Source: an uncultured Armatimonadetes bacterium (GTDB taxonomy: Bacteria > Armatimonadota > Hebobacteria > Hebobacterales > Hebobacteraceae). From it: a stretch of 64,000 bases of DNA. Under the pieces are notes generated by a model, which saw only the letters and a list, made by a program, of their open reading frames with translations, made no database searches and was not told where the DNA came from. Where the stretch lies: positions 1,600,001 to 1,664,000 of the forward strand of contig OY970296.1 in assembly GCA_963716175.1 (NCBI GenBank), written 5' to 3'. The translations under genes were made by a program, and so were the position numbers. This document shows, piece after piece, positions 9,084 through 19,013 of the stretch (positions are counted from its first letter, which is position 1; each line of letters opens with the position of its first letter).

Positions 9084-9698
9084 ATGCAGAAGATCACAGA
9101 CCGGCAGAGGAAAGTCCTGGAGGGCGTCTACCGAATTGCGCAGGAGAAGGGGTATCCGCCCACGGTGCGCGAGATCGGAGAGAAGCTGGGCCTGCGCTCG
9201 AGCTGCACTGTGCAGCGACACCTGGAGGCGCTGGAGCGCAAGGGTTACATCAGGCGCAGCCCCACCAAGGCGCGCTCGATCGAGATCGTGCAGGCGGAGG
9301 ACCCGACCATGGTGCCGGTGCCGATGGTGCCGGTGCCGGTGGTAGGCGCGGTGGCGGCAGGTCAGCCCATTCTGGCGGCCGAGAATATCGAGGAGGTCTT
9401 CCCCCTGCCGCGGGACATCGTGAAGGATGACCAGTGCTTCATGCTGCAGGTGAAGGGCGACTCGATGATCCAGGCGGGCATCTTCGACCGCGATTATGTG
9501 GTGGTGCGGCAGCAGCCGTATGCCGAGGACGGGGATATCGTGGTGGCACTGCTGGGGGAGGAGGCGACGGTCAAGTACTTCCGACGTCGGCGCAACCGCA
9601 TTTATCTGGATCCTGCCAACCCTTCCATGCAGCCGATCATCGCCACCGATGTCAAGATCATCGGCAAGGTGGTGATGAGCATACGGAGGTATGCTTGA
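9084..9698 (+). CDS. lexA: LexA repressor
   Basis: PPTVREIG HTH, VAAG cleavage site, GDSM catalytic Ser, ATVK catalytic Lys; GGAGGAGG RBS. Confidence 0.97.
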   Translation: MQKITDRQRKVLEGVYRIAQEKGYPPTVREIGEKLGLRSSCTVQRHLEALERKGYIRRSPTKARSIEIVQAEDPTMVPVPMVPVPVVGAVAAGQPILAAENIEEVFPLPRDIVKDDQCFMLQVKGDSMIQAGIFDRDYVVVRQQPYAEDGDIVVALLGEEATVKYFRRRRNRIYLDPANPSMQPIIATDVKIIGKVVMSIRRYA

Positions 9699-9723
9699 CG
9701 GGGGTGCGGGTGGTTGGTATGGT
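9695..9723 (+). promoter_or_regulatory. sigma70-type promoter of tRNA-Ser
   Basis: TTGACG-17bp-TATGGT about 40 nt before the tRNA. Confidence 0.55.
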
Positions 9724-9761
9724 CAGGGGCAGGTCGCGGAGCCGGCGTACCGCGCAGGCGC

Positions 9762-9849
9762 GGAGGGGTGTCCGAGCGGTTGATGGAGACGGTCTTGAAA
9801 ACCGTTGGGGCGAAAGCCCTCGTGGGTTCGAATCCCACCCCCTCCGCCA
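9762..9849 (+). tRNA. tRNA-Ser(TGA)
   Basis: GGAGGGG/CCCCTCC acceptor, ACGGT-CT-TGA-AA-ACCGT anticodon arm, long variable arm GGGC-GAAA-GCCC, GTTCGAATC, encoded CCA. Confidence 0.97.
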
Positions 9850-10092
9850 GATGGGTGAGATCATCGTGGACCCGTCTAAGATGCGCCTAGAGGCCTCTGG
9901 TGGGTTCGAACCCCACTCCCCCGGTCGAAAGTGACAGAGACGACAAACCCTCCGGCGTGGCCAAGCAGTGGCTATGTGCGTGCTCGTCCGTAGATAGGCT
10001 GATCCGCCCGGACGAGGGCCTCGAGGAACCCTGGGGAGGCCCTCGGGTGGCTCGCCACCAACACGCTGGCGAGCCCTTCGCCGCGCTGTGTA

Positions 10093-10212
10093 GCCGACGG
10101 CCCCGGCCACCTCCCGACTCCGGCTGCCCCCTCGGCTGGAGTCACTGTCCGGGGTTCGGCCGCGCGCCGGGACAGCAGCCGCGCCACGGGGCGATCACGG
10201 CCAGCCCCGTCC
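10093..10212 (+). repeat. Module-delimiting imperfect palindrome, copy 1
   Basis: Core CCGACTCCGGCT.CCC.CTCGGC..GGAGTC....CCGGGG; 3' extension CAGCCGCGCCA.GGG shared with copy 3. Confidence 0.7.
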
Positions 10213-10384
10213 ATCCTCGGTGCCTCTCAGCGCAGGGGTATGCACGAGGGGAGAGAATACCATGAGAGGGGATCTAGGAGCATTCTGGCAGCCAGGTGAT
10301 CACCTGGAGAGCACGGGCCCAGAACAGGCAGGACTGCCTATCCTACGCGGCGCCCCTCGGTCGCCGCCTCAAGGAGGACGACCG

Positions 10385-12754
10385 GTGCGACTGGCGATCA
10401 TGTCCCTTCTCCTGCTGACCGCGGCGATCGCGCCTTCGGTGGCTCACTGGACCGTCGATGCCTCCGTGCCTGACTGGTGCTGGCGCGGCGACCTGCACTG
10501 GGCCGTCCACTACGGGACCGTCACGCGGTCCGATGTCGACCTGATGCTAAAGGCCCGGCAGAACCTGGACCACGGTGCGAGCTACGACTCCGATGCCACG
10601 ACCGCCTATGCCGCCCAGAGCGGCCTGCACGACCTCATCTACATCTGTTCCCGCACCTTCGTGGTCGACGACTACCAGAAGCACCCTGAGCTAAAGCAGG
10701 GGGTAGTGCGGGCCTTCGATGGCAGCGAGGTCCTGGCCTACGGTAACCCCGTCCGGCGTTTCGGGTGTGTGAACTCCCCCGAGTGGAAGGCGTTTGTGCT
10801 CGGTCAGGTCGATGAGGTGCAGGCGCGGCGCCATCCGGCCGGCATCTTCTTCGACAACGAAGCCTGGTTCGTGCAGTGCCACTGTCCCGTGTGCCGCGCG
10901 AAGTTCCGCGAGTACTCGCGCCAGCACTACGGGGTCGAGATGGAACTGCCGGAGCGAGTTGAGGTGTCCACCCAGGTGGGGCGCGCAGCGCAAATGTTCT
11001 TACTCGATTCGCAGACGGCGTTCCACCAGGCGCTGCTCGGCTATTGCCATCGACAGAGGCCGCGCCTGCTGTGTGTGCCCAACACCTGCGGGCTGGACGC
11101 CTGGCCGATGCACGGGATCGAGGAGGGCGTCACCGATCTGCCTTTCTACGAGTCCTCCAGCCATCCCCCCTTCGAGGACAGCCTCTATGCCTACAAGCTC
11201 GCCCTAGCCGCCGGGCACGGCCGGAACGTAGGACGGTTGATGTACCTGCCCTCTACGGTGGCGGGTGAGCGGGGCAAGCGCGTCTGGGTCGAGACCTGGC
11301 ACGCATTCGAGAACCCGTCGTCACCACTGGCGAAGGAGTTCGCGCTGGGGATCGCGGAGAGCGCGGCGTGCGACGCCACCTATGTCGCGAACTACGACCT
11401 CAGCCCATCGACGCCGATCACCGACACGAAGGACCCGTTCAACGTCAATATCTACCAGACCATGAACCGCTACTACGGGTTCCTGGTGCGGAACCGCGAG
11501 CTCTACCTCAATGCTGATCAGGGAGCGCTGCTGGCGATCCTGCACTCGGTGCCAACGGACCTCTGGACGCACTCGTCCGACCGTTGGGCGAAGCTGGCGC
11601 AGAGTCTGAACCGCGCCGGGGTGCCCTACGAGGTGATCGTGGAACAGGACCTGAAGGCCAACCTGCTGGCGCGCTACCGGGCCGTCATCATCTCCGGCGT
11701 CCGCGCCATCTCGGAAGAGGGGGCGGCACAACTGGCCGCCTACGTCAGGGCTGGCGGGCGAGTGCTCTTCGGCGGGGAGTGCGGCCTGACCGACGAACGG
11801 GGAGAGGCGCATCCGAGCCGGGCGATCGAGGAGCTGCGCCGCAGTGGGGGCCGGGTAATCAACGTGGCCGAGGACCTCTCTGAGCTCGATGGCAGCCGGC
11901 TGCGGGAGCTGGTGACGCGCCTGATGGGGGAGCCGGAGATCAACGTTCGCAACCCGAGCGGGAAACTCTCGATCAACGTGCTCTCCGAACCCGGGCAAGG
12001 GCTGCGAACGGTACATCTGCTCAACTACGATTTCACCTACGACCGGCCGGCGTGGGTGATCTCCGATGACGACCAGTTCTCGGAGGCCCGCAGCTACCTG
12101 TCGGATAGGGCCTGGCGCATCCGCAAGGTGCTGGTGGTCCCGGACCCGGCAGCGCTGGAGCATCCGACGCTGGAGATCATCGGGTCAGCGGCTACGGAGA
12201 AGGCGCTGTTCCGGCTGGTAGTGACCCTGAACGCCACCGATGTCGCCTCCTTCTCGGGGGACGAAGTGCGCACGAACCTCTCCGTGCCCCTGACGGCCGA
12301 CCGCCTCGTCAAGGGCGAGAACGAGGTGGTCCTGCGGGTGGAGGGCCAGCCCAACGTGATGAGCGAGTGGTATCAGGTGATGATCGACAAGGACGCGAAG
12401 ACGGGGCGCTCGTACTTCAGCACGGATGCTGGGAAGACGTGGGCCCAAGACGATCTCTCGCGGGACCCCCAACCGCAGCAGGGCGAGTTCATGATCCGTC
12501 TGGTAGACCCGGACAAGCGACCGTCGCAGCTCGAGTGGGAGAACATGTGCCACGTGCACCCGGCACGGGGCGTCCAAGTGTTCGTGGCCGGCGCTCGGGT
12601 GCCGTGGGCGCTGGCTCTGTCACCCACGGCGGACCCCAGGCGGATCTCCGGTTCGCGGGTGTCGGGCGGGGCCGAGTTCATCGTGGACGTGGAGACATAC
12701 ACCGTGCTGGCACTGGCGGACGATCCGAAGGCGCTGCAGGTGTACGGGTACTAG
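10385..12754 (+). CDS. Secreted glycoside hydrolase-like protein (GH42-like barrel plus beta-galactosidase trimerisation-type domain)
   Basis: Signal peptide after GTG 10385 (AGGAGG RBS), GIFFDN, CHCPVC, L..AGVPYEVI, YVRAGGRVL, VHLLNY. Confidence 0.6.
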   Translation: MRLAIMSLLLLTAAIAPSVAHWTVDASVPDWCWRGDLHWAVHYGTVTRSDVDLMLKARQNLDHGASYDSDATTAYAAQSGLHDLIYICSRTFVVDDYQKHPELKQGVVRAFDGSEVLAYGNPVRRFGCVNSPEWKAFVLGQVDEVQARRHPAGIFFDNEAWFVQCHCPVCRAKFREYSRQHYGVEMELPERVEVSTQVGRAAQMFLLDSQTAFHQALLGYCHRQRPRLLCVPNTCGLDAWPMHGIEEGVTDLPFYESSSHPPFEDSLYAYKLALAAGHGRNVGRLMYLPSTVAGERGKRVWVETWHAFENPSSPLAKEFALGIAESAACDATYVANYDLSPSTPITDTKDPFNVNIYQTMNRYYGFLVRNRELYLNADQGALLAILHSVPTDLWTHSSDRWAKLAQSLNRAGVPYEVIVEQDLKANLLARYRAVIISGVRAISEEGAAQLAAYVRAGGRVLFGGECGLTDERGEAHPSRAIEELRRSGGRVINVAEDLSELDGSRLRELVTRLMGEPEINVRNPSGKLSINVLSEPGQGLRTVHLLNYDFTYDRPAWVISDDDQFSEARSYLSDRAWRIRKVLVVPDPAALEHPTLEIIGSAATEKALFRLVVTLNATDVASFSGDEVRTNLSVPLTADRLVKGENEVVLRVEGQPNVMSEWYQVMIDKDAKTGRSYFSTDAGKTWAQDDLSRDPQPQQGEFMIRLVDPDKRPSQLEWENMCHVHPARGVQVFVAGARVPWALALSPTADPRRISGSRVSGGAEFIVDVETYTVLALADDPKALQVYGY

Positions 12755-13006
12755 GCCCGGTCAGCAAGCCCCGGTTGCTGCGAAAGGGTCGGTCTGCCTG
12801 TGCTTCCGACTCTGGCGCAGGTCGCGTTGCTCCCGCCCGCCATGTGTTGACAACATAGCTTACCGACGCTGCATCACCCGCGGAAGAGCGGGGAACCTTC
12901 GGCGCGGCCCGACTCGCGCTACGGGCAGCGGTCAGTGCTTGAGCGAAGCGTGCTGCTCTGACGACGCGCCCAGATACGCGACCAACCGCCCCGGAGGTGA
13001 GGGCAG

Positions 13007-13036
13007 TTGGTCGCAGGCTTCACCCTGATCGAGCTG
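13007..13036 (+). pseudogene. Remnant of prepilin-type N-terminal cleavage/methylation gene
   Basis: GGAGGTG RBS, TTG, then AGFTLIEL; the hydrophobic helix that should follow is missing. Confidence 0.5.
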
Positions 13037-13447
13037 AGACGATGCTGTCCCCGCAGCACTCGTATCTTCTCACGACATGATGTGGGCGACGTGAAAGCCA
13101 CTGGAAACTTCCGTGTAGGGACCGCTCCAGTGGAGAAACCGCTGTGAGGCACGGCATGCCCAGCCAAGTCCCGCAGGGGGTCTGTCCGCGTCCGCGCCGG
13201 ATGAACATCCTGTGTCAGCAGAGACACGTCCTGCTGTGCCGCCCAAGAGAAGAGCCGGGGAGAGCCCACGTCCGCGGGCCCCGCCCTGGCTCCATGCGTA
13301 GGGGCCAACCCACACTGAAACCGCCCTGAGCCGTTCCGTTGGGAGCAGCTAGCGCTGGGGTGATGTGGCCTCTTGCCGGCATGAGACCGCGATCCGGGCG
13401 GTTCGCCGGCGGAATGGTCTCATAGGGCGTGCGCGTGCAGTGCGTTG

Positions 13448-13517
13448 CCGGGCGCGAGGAAGAGCCCCAGGCACCCCCGACTCCGGCTACCCGCTCGGCG
13501 CGGAGTCACGATCTTCT
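13448..13517 (+). repeat. Module-delimiting imperfect palindrome, copy 2
   Basis: GGCACCCCCGACTCCGGCTACCCGCTCGGCGCGGAGTC. Confidence 0.7.
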
Positions 13518-13791
13518 CAGGGCGAAGCGGCCGCTTCAGCCGGTCTCAGGGTCGCCCGACATGCGCAGGTGGTCCACGTGTACCGTTCACTGACAGGCGT
13601 ACCCAACAATGTGCTGGAACCGGCCCCCGGCTGTCGTCCTGGGCACATGAGAACCTGAGATGCGTCTCTGTGCCCCCTGGACCGCCTTACCGTCTCGCAC
13701 CTGGAGCCGGAGGCTGGCGGAGGTATGCATAGGCGAGCAGGCGAATTCCCTATCTTCCGCGATGCGCGTGCTGATCACCAGGAGCTACGCG

Positions 13792-14904
13792 ATGAGTGTG
13801 TTGGCGCCGATCCTAATCGCTTGTGTTTTCGGGATGGTGCTGCATTCCGCCGCCCAGGCCGACGACGAGCTGACATGGCATGACGCGACCAGCCTGCGAA
13901 TCGAAGGGAAGGCATGGCAGGACACTGAGAGCTTCTTCGACCGGCTCCCCGCACGTGCGCTGAGCCACGTGAACGGCGATCTCAAGGGACTGGCCAGACT
14001 CAGCGCTGGCATGGCAATCCGCTTCACCACTGACTCCGACACGCTCCGGGTGCGCTGGAGCCTGGGAGATCCAGTCTACGTCATGACCCATATGGCAGCT
14101 ACGGGCACCAGCGGCCTCGACCTGTACGTGAAGGGGGCCGACGGCCACTGGGCCTACGCCGGGACGGGGCGCCCGGAGGACAAGCGAGACAACGAGGCGA
14201 CGTTCTTCTCGAACCGGCCGAAGGCCGAGCGGACGTACCTGCTCTACCTGCCTCTCTTCAACAAACTGACTTCTCTCAGCATCGGAGTGACCGCCGGCTC
14301 CTCCTTGGAGACGGTTGGGAACGGCGCCGGCAAGCGCGTCGTGTTCTATGGCACGAGTATTGTCCACGGCGGTTGTGCCTCCCGGCCGGGGATGGCCTAT
14401 CCCGCAATCATCGGGCGTGCCCTCGACTGCGAGACTGTCAACCTCGGCTTCTCGGGCAGCGCCAGAATGGAGCCTGTGGTCTGCGATCTGCTGGCTGAGC
14501 TCAACCCGGATGTCTTCGTCATCGACGCGCTCCCCAACATGCACGAGGAGCCGATCACCGAGAGGACGCTGAACCTGGTCCGGACCATCCGCAAGAGCTG
14601 TCCGACCACGCCCATCGTGCTCGTCGGGAACATCACCTATCAGACCACCCGCGCCTTTGGGGGTGACGGCGGCGAGGTCCGCGAGATCAACGCGCGATTC
14701 CGAAAGGCCTACGACCAGCTCCTCGCCGAAGGCTGCGCCGGGCTCCTGTATGTTCCCGGGCGCAACCTGCTCGGGGCTGACGGTGAGGGGACGGTTGACG
14801 GCACTCACCCCACAGACTTGGGCTTCAGCAGGATGGCCGAGGTGATCGGTGCGGCAGTGGCAGACGCGCTCGCCCAGGCTGCCTCAGCCGAGGAGAAGCC
14901 ATGA
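13792..14904 (+). CDS. SGNH/GDSL hydrolase with N-terminal GxDLY-type domain
   Basis: Signal peptide, GLDLY, FYGTSIVHG, NLGFSG, DGTHP; AGGAG RBS before ATG 13792. Confidence 0.85.
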   Translation: MSVLAPILIACVFGMVLHSAAQADDELTWHDATSLRIEGKAWQDTESFFDRLPARALSHVNGDLKGLARLSAGMAIRFTTDSDTLRVRWSLGDPVYVMTHMAATGTSGLDLYVKGADGHWAYAGTGRPEDKRDNEATFFSNRPKAERTYLLYLPLFNKLTSLSIGVTAGSSLETVGNGAGKRVVFYGTSIVHGGCASRPGMAYPAIIGRALDCETVNLGFSGSARMEPVVCDLLAELNPDVFVIDALPNMHEEPITERTLNLVRTIRKSCPTTPIVLVGNITYQTTRAFGGDGGEVREINARFRKAYDQLLAEGCAGLLYVPGRNLLGADGEGTVDGTHPTDLGFSRMAEVIGAAVADALAQAASAEEKP

Positions 14905-15116
14905 ACAAGGTGTCGGTTACGCTGGAAGAGGATGCCCTGCTAGAGCTCCACGCCGTGCTTCTGGACGATGACCCGGTCGCGGCGCTGGAGTTCCTGAAGA
15001 GGCACATCGCCCCCAAGATCCCGCGCAAGGGAAGCGCGGCCTGTGATTCCACTCGGCTCAATCCGTTCATTCTGCGCGCGAGGCCTGGGCAACGCGGCGG
15101 CGTAGAGCCCGGATGA
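14901..15116 (+). CDS. Small hypothetical protein
   Basis: ATGA overlap with upstream gene, GAGGAG RBS, protein-like amphipathic N-terminus. Confidence 0.55.
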   Translation: MNKVSVTLEEDALLELHAVLLDDDPVAALEFLKRHIAPKIPRKGSAACDSTRLNPFILRARPGQRGGVEPG

Positions 15117-15325
15117 TGTCCTGCGCGCCCCGGCCGCAGCAAGAGGATCGCAGACAGATCCCGGCGCTGGCATCGCCAGGGGCCCCGATTGTCCAGTGTG
15201 TGGGTGTCAAGTTAGCATGAAAGCATGATGCACCCCGGCGGTGCCGCTGATAGGATCAGCGATCAGGCACCTCGTCCCGGCTGCGAGACTCAGCTCGAGC
15301 GGGAGCACCGGGTGACTGGCGCAAC

Positions 15326-15470
15326 TTGTCGGTGTCAACCGCCCGTGAAGCCGACCCCGTGCACCTCCGACTCCGGCTAGCCCCTCAACTCGGGGTCATC
15401 AATCGGAGTTCTGTCGCGTGTGGGCACATCAGCCGCGCCATGGGAGCGATTGCGGGCAGGCCCGCTCAGT
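15326..15470 (+). repeat. Module-delimiting imperfect palindrome, copy 3
   Basis: TTGTCGGTGTCAACCGCCCGTGAAGCCG..GCACCTCCGACTCCGGCTA..; aligns over about 100 nt with copy 5. Confidence 0.75.
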
Positions 15471-15606
15471 CGAATCCCCCCTGGGCAGCCCTCCAGTCCC
15501 GGCAGCCCGCTAGGATAGGGCTATCAGCGAGTGCGGGGAACACAGCGAGAGAGCTTCCGGGAACCCCCTCGAAGCCAGATGGGGTGGTCGACAGGACTCC
15601 TGGGTC

Positions 15607-15658
15607 TTGACAGTCGGCCGGTTCCTGCGTATGCTACTCTCGCCCAAACATATGTTTG
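15607..15658 (+). promoter_or_regulatory. sigma70 promoter followed by putative LexA operator
   Basis: TTGACA-17bp-TATGCT (15607-15635) and CAAACATATGTTTG (15645-15658) just before the AGGAGG RBS. Confidence 0.7.
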
Positions 15659-15672
15659 CCAGGAGGGGAACC

Positions 15673-17793
15673 ATGGCTTCTGTATGTCAGGTGGCCGTGG
15701 GGGCGGTGCTGGGGGTGGGCCTGCTGGCGCTGTCGGCGCCGATAGGTGCCGAAGGAAGCGGAGGGGCATCTGGGGCGCGGCCTGATTACGGCAAGCTCGT
15801 ACTGCGCGGCAAGGGCATGGCCCAGGACTCGTTCTCGCTCGCCCTTCAGGCGGCCGCCCGCCTCCTGGGACGAGACGCTGACTACGAGACCATCGCAGCT
15901 ATGACCACCAGCGTCTTCTCGCCCGCCATCACCCCGGGTGAGGACTGCACGTCCTGGTGGCACGTGGACGCGCGTTACCTCGCTACGGCCGCGGACCTCC
16001 AGCCGGTCTCCGAGCTGATCGGGGTGCGCCTGAGGCGCCTCGATGTCCCTGTGTTCAAGGGCGATGGGAAGGACGAGGAGGAGGCGCGCCGCCACCGTCG
16101 CGACGTGGCGAAGCTCCTCGCCCAGACCATGGATGCCGGTGCCGTCATCGTTGTCAGTGGCAGATGGGAACCGACAGGAGGGCCGCATGGCTTCGTGCCC
16201 TGGGGATGGGCCGGCATCGTCACAGAGGCGAGGCCCGACGGCACGATTCTCGGCGCCTGCCTGAACGGTGAGAAGGACAACCCGCTGCGCTGGTTTGCCC
16301 CGATGTGGGCGGTCTCGGCCGGTGAGGTGACGGCCACGCCTGCCCAAGCCAGCCGGGCGACGCTGCGTCAGGCCGTCTCGCGGATCCGCGGCACAGGCCG
16401 CTTCCAGCGCGGCGAGTCCAGCGTCTACGGCCTTGATGCGATGGATCTGTGGATCAAACAGATGGAGCAGGTGCCAGGGTTCTGTGCCCAGTGCCAGGAG
16501 AGGGGCGGGCGCGGTTGGACTGACGCCGTCGACAATGCCGTGGCGATGCGCGAGCGCGCGGCGGCCGCTGCCTCCTACCTGCGCCGCGTTGGGTCCACCT
16601 TCTCGCCCGCTGGGCGCCCCTACCTGGAGTCCGCCGCGCAGCACTACGATCGCATCCGGCAGTTGCTCAACCCGGCGCTAACCGGCGAGGGTGGCGAGAA
16701 GTTCGAGCAGTTCGTCGGGGATCTTGCCAAGCAGAAGGCGCACGCCCAGACCGTGCTGCGGCCGGCGCGCTCCGAGCTGTCCGCGGCCGCCGACGACATG
16801 GACAAGGCGCTCGCCGTTCCGCTTCCGGAGGCGCGACTCCTCCGTGATGTGCCGGCCGGCAAGGGCGATGGCAACGAATTCGTCCGCGGCCTGGAGGTCA
16901 TCCTGGATCACGCGGGCACGCCCGTGGACTACGACACGCTGATGGGCGATCTGGGACTTGCCTTCATCCTGCAGGCCAGCGATCAGGTCCCAAGGTACAA
17001 CGGCGCGCTGGACGTCGGCTGGTGGCCTCTCGACCCGGCCTGCATACCTAGCTATCTCGACTTCGTGAGCCGCACTGCTGGGCGCTGCATCGACTTCCTC
17101 CACCTCGAGACCGTCTCCGAAGCAGAGCTACCACAGGCCTTCCGAGAGAGAGCGCTGCCGCGTGCGGAAGCCACCCTCAACAACGGCTCCCCCTTCCTGG
17201 CGATAGACTGCTGCTGGAAGGTCGTCACCGGCTGCGACGGAGGCGAGCCCCCGCTGCTGGGGTTCCTGGCCAGCGCGGGGAGCGCAGAACCGGCCCGCTT
17301 CCCGTCGTACCCATGGGCCTTCGCCTTCCTCGATGACACTGTGCCGAAGGTGGACCGCCGCACCGCGGATCGAGAGGCGCTGCGGCACGCGGTCGCACTC
17401 AGCCGCGACGAGGTCGCGATGCCGTGGGGATTCGTCACCGGGCAGAAGGCCTACGCACTGTGGGCGCAGACCCTGCGGGACACTGAGCACCTGGGTGAGG
17501 CGCGCTGGCACTGTAACATGGTGAGGCATCTCACCCTCAACCGCACCAGCGCCACCGCCTACCTCCGCGGCATGGTGGAGCGACAACCAGCCGCGGCCCC
17601 TCGTCTGTTGGCCGCCGCCGCGTGCTACGAGTGTACTCTAGCACGGCTCAAGGAGGCCGACCTCAGTGAAGCCGCTCTCATGTCCAGCGACGGACGCAAG
17701 AAGCTGGCCGCGCTGGTGGAAGGGATCGCCCGGATCGAGGCGGATGCCGTCGGTGAGCTGGAGGCGGCGGTCGCCGCGATGCCGGCCCGCTGA
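15673..17793 (+). CDS. Secreted hypothetical protein with an internally duplicated domain
   Basis: Signal peptide; two halves share DY.T, WW, G..A..LW and A..YL...L..AA..Y motifs; AGGAGG RBS. Confidence 0.7.
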   Translation: MASVCQVAVGAVLGVGLLALSAPIGAEGSGGASGARPDYGKLVLRGKGMAQDSFSLALQAAARLLGRDADYETIAAMTTSVFSPAITPGEDCTSWWHVDARYLATAADLQPVSELIGVRLRRLDVPVFKGDGKDEEEARRHRRDVAKLLAQTMDAGAVIVVSGRWEPTGGPHGFVPWGWAGIVTEARPDGTILGACLNGEKDNPLRWFAPMWAVSAGEVTATPAQASRATLRQAVSRIRGTGRFQRGESSVYGLDAMDLWIKQMEQVPGFCAQCQERGGRGWTDAVDNAVAMRERAAAAASYLRRVGSTFSPAGRPYLESAAQHYDRIRQLLNPALTGEGGEKFEQFVGDLAKQKAHAQTVLRPARSELSAAADDMDKALAVPLPEARLLRDVPAGKGDGNEFVRGLEVILDHAGTPVDYDTLMGDLGLAFILQASDQVPRYNGALDVGWWPLDPACIPSYLDFVSRTAGRCIDFLHLETVSEAELPQAFRERALPRAEATLNNGSPFLAIDCCWKVVTGCDGGEPPLLGFLASAGSAEPARFPSYPWAFAFLDDTVPKVDRRTADREALRHAVALSRDEVAMPWGFVTGQKAYALWAQTLRDTEHLGEARWHCNMVRHLTLNRTSATAYLRGMVERQPAAAPRLLAAAACYECTLARLKEADLSEAALMSSDGRKKLAALVEGIARIEADAVGELEAAVAAMPAR

Positions 17794-17818
17794 TCATTCC
17801 TCGGAGAGGGAGGGAAAC

Positions 17819-18877
17819 ATGCCATCATGCGCTAGCCCGGAGGCCCTCACACGCGAACTGACGCAGCACGGCCATTCCCTGGGCGTGGACCTCGTCGGCT
17901 GCACTTCGTCCGCGCCCTTCGTCGTCGGCGAGGCGGCGCGAGAGATACTGCCGGAGGCGATCCTTCCCGGCGCACGCTCCATCGTCGTTGCCGCCTGCGC
18001 AACTAGCGGGGTCGATCGCTACCAGCCCTCCCGACCCGGCGCTCCTCGCGGCCGGCTGGGCCCGTGGACACGCGCCTCCGTGCCCGCCTACGACCATACG
18101 CTCGGCGTCATCACCGAGTTCCTCACCGCGCGCGGCTATCGCACGGCCGCCGGCCACGAGCTTCCACTCAAGGCGACCGCGGTCCGCGCGGGGATTGCGT
18201 ACTACGGCAAGAACAGCATCGTCCACGCCGAGGGTTTCGGCTCGTACCTCGAACTGGCGGCCGCACTGACAGATGCCGAGTTGATCTGCACTGATCGCCC
18301 GGTTCAGTCCTCCGACTGCCCGGACGACTGCCGCGCGTGCATGGAGGCGTGCCCGACGGGCGCGCTCGCGGAGCCGTTCCGGCTCACTCGCGACAAGTGC
18401 ATCTGCCATTACCTCTGGGGCGCGCCGATTCCGCGCGAGCATAGACAGGCTGTTGGCGATCTCATCTTCCGGTGCGACGCGTGCCAGCAAGCCTGCCCAC
18501 GCAATCACAAGCTGTGCGGGGGTCGCGAGCTCGCCTACCGTCCTCAGGAAGGAGATGACTCGCCGGTGCTGCTGCCCTTGCTGCTCGGAGACGAGACCTA
18601 CTACCGAAGCGCCATTCCGGAGTTCGTGCAGCAGGCCGGGCTCGACACCGTACGCCGCAACGCGGCCATCGCAGCTGGGAACATAGGCGATGTGGCGACC
18701 CTGCCTGCCCTGCTCACGTGCCTGAGCTCCGCTCACGATCTCACCCGCATCGCCGCCGCCTGGGCCCTCGGCCGCTTCAGCGGCACAGAAGTCGCCCGCG
18801 CCCTTGCCGAGCGGCTCGCCGTAGAGGAGAACGCCGAAGTCCGCGACGAGATTGCCTGTGCCCTCCACACAGACTGA
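17819..18877 (+). CDS. Epoxyqueuosine reductase QueG-like Fe-S protein with C-terminal HEAT repeats
   Basis: AVRAGIAYYGKNS, C..DC.AC...CPTGAL, CDACQQACP, RRNAAIAAGN, AAWALG. Confidence 0.7.
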   Translation: MPSCASPEALTRELTQHGHSLGVDLVGCTSSAPFVVGEAAREILPEAILPGARSIVVAACATSGVDRYQPSRPGAPRGRLGPWTRASVPAYDHTLGVITEFLTARGYRTAAGHELPLKATAVRAGIAYYGKNSIVHAEGFGSYLELAAALTDAELICTDRPVQSSDCPDDCRACMEACPTGALAEPFRLTRDKCICHYLWGAPIPREHRQAVGDLIFRCDACQQACPRNHKLCGGRELAYRPQEGDDSPVLLPLLLGDETYYRSAIPEFVQQAGLDTVRRNAAIAAGNIGDVATLPALLTCLSSAHDLTRIAAAWALGRFSGTEVARALAERLAVEENAEVRDEIACALHTD

Positions 18878-18939
18878 GGCGCCCTCCCGCGCCCGCAGAG
18901 CCAGCTAGCGCAGGACTGATCCTCGCCCGCAGGTGGCGG

Positions 18940-19013
18940 GCCGACGGCCTCTGGCGTCGCCGACTCCGGCTACCCACTCGGTTCGGGTCGCTGGTCGGGG
19001 TCTCGTCGCGCGT
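18940..19013 (+). repeat. Module-delimiting imperfect palindrome, copy 4
   Basis: CCGACTCCGGCTACCCACTCGGTTCGGGTCGCTGGTCGGGGTCTCGTCGCG. Confidence 0.65.

Noticed and set aside
15328-15617. GTCGG 5-bp target-site duplication around TGTCAA...TTGACA at repeat copy 3
   Set aside because: Copy 5 has no equivalent duplication and the left GTC.G is conserved between copies, so it is part of the element
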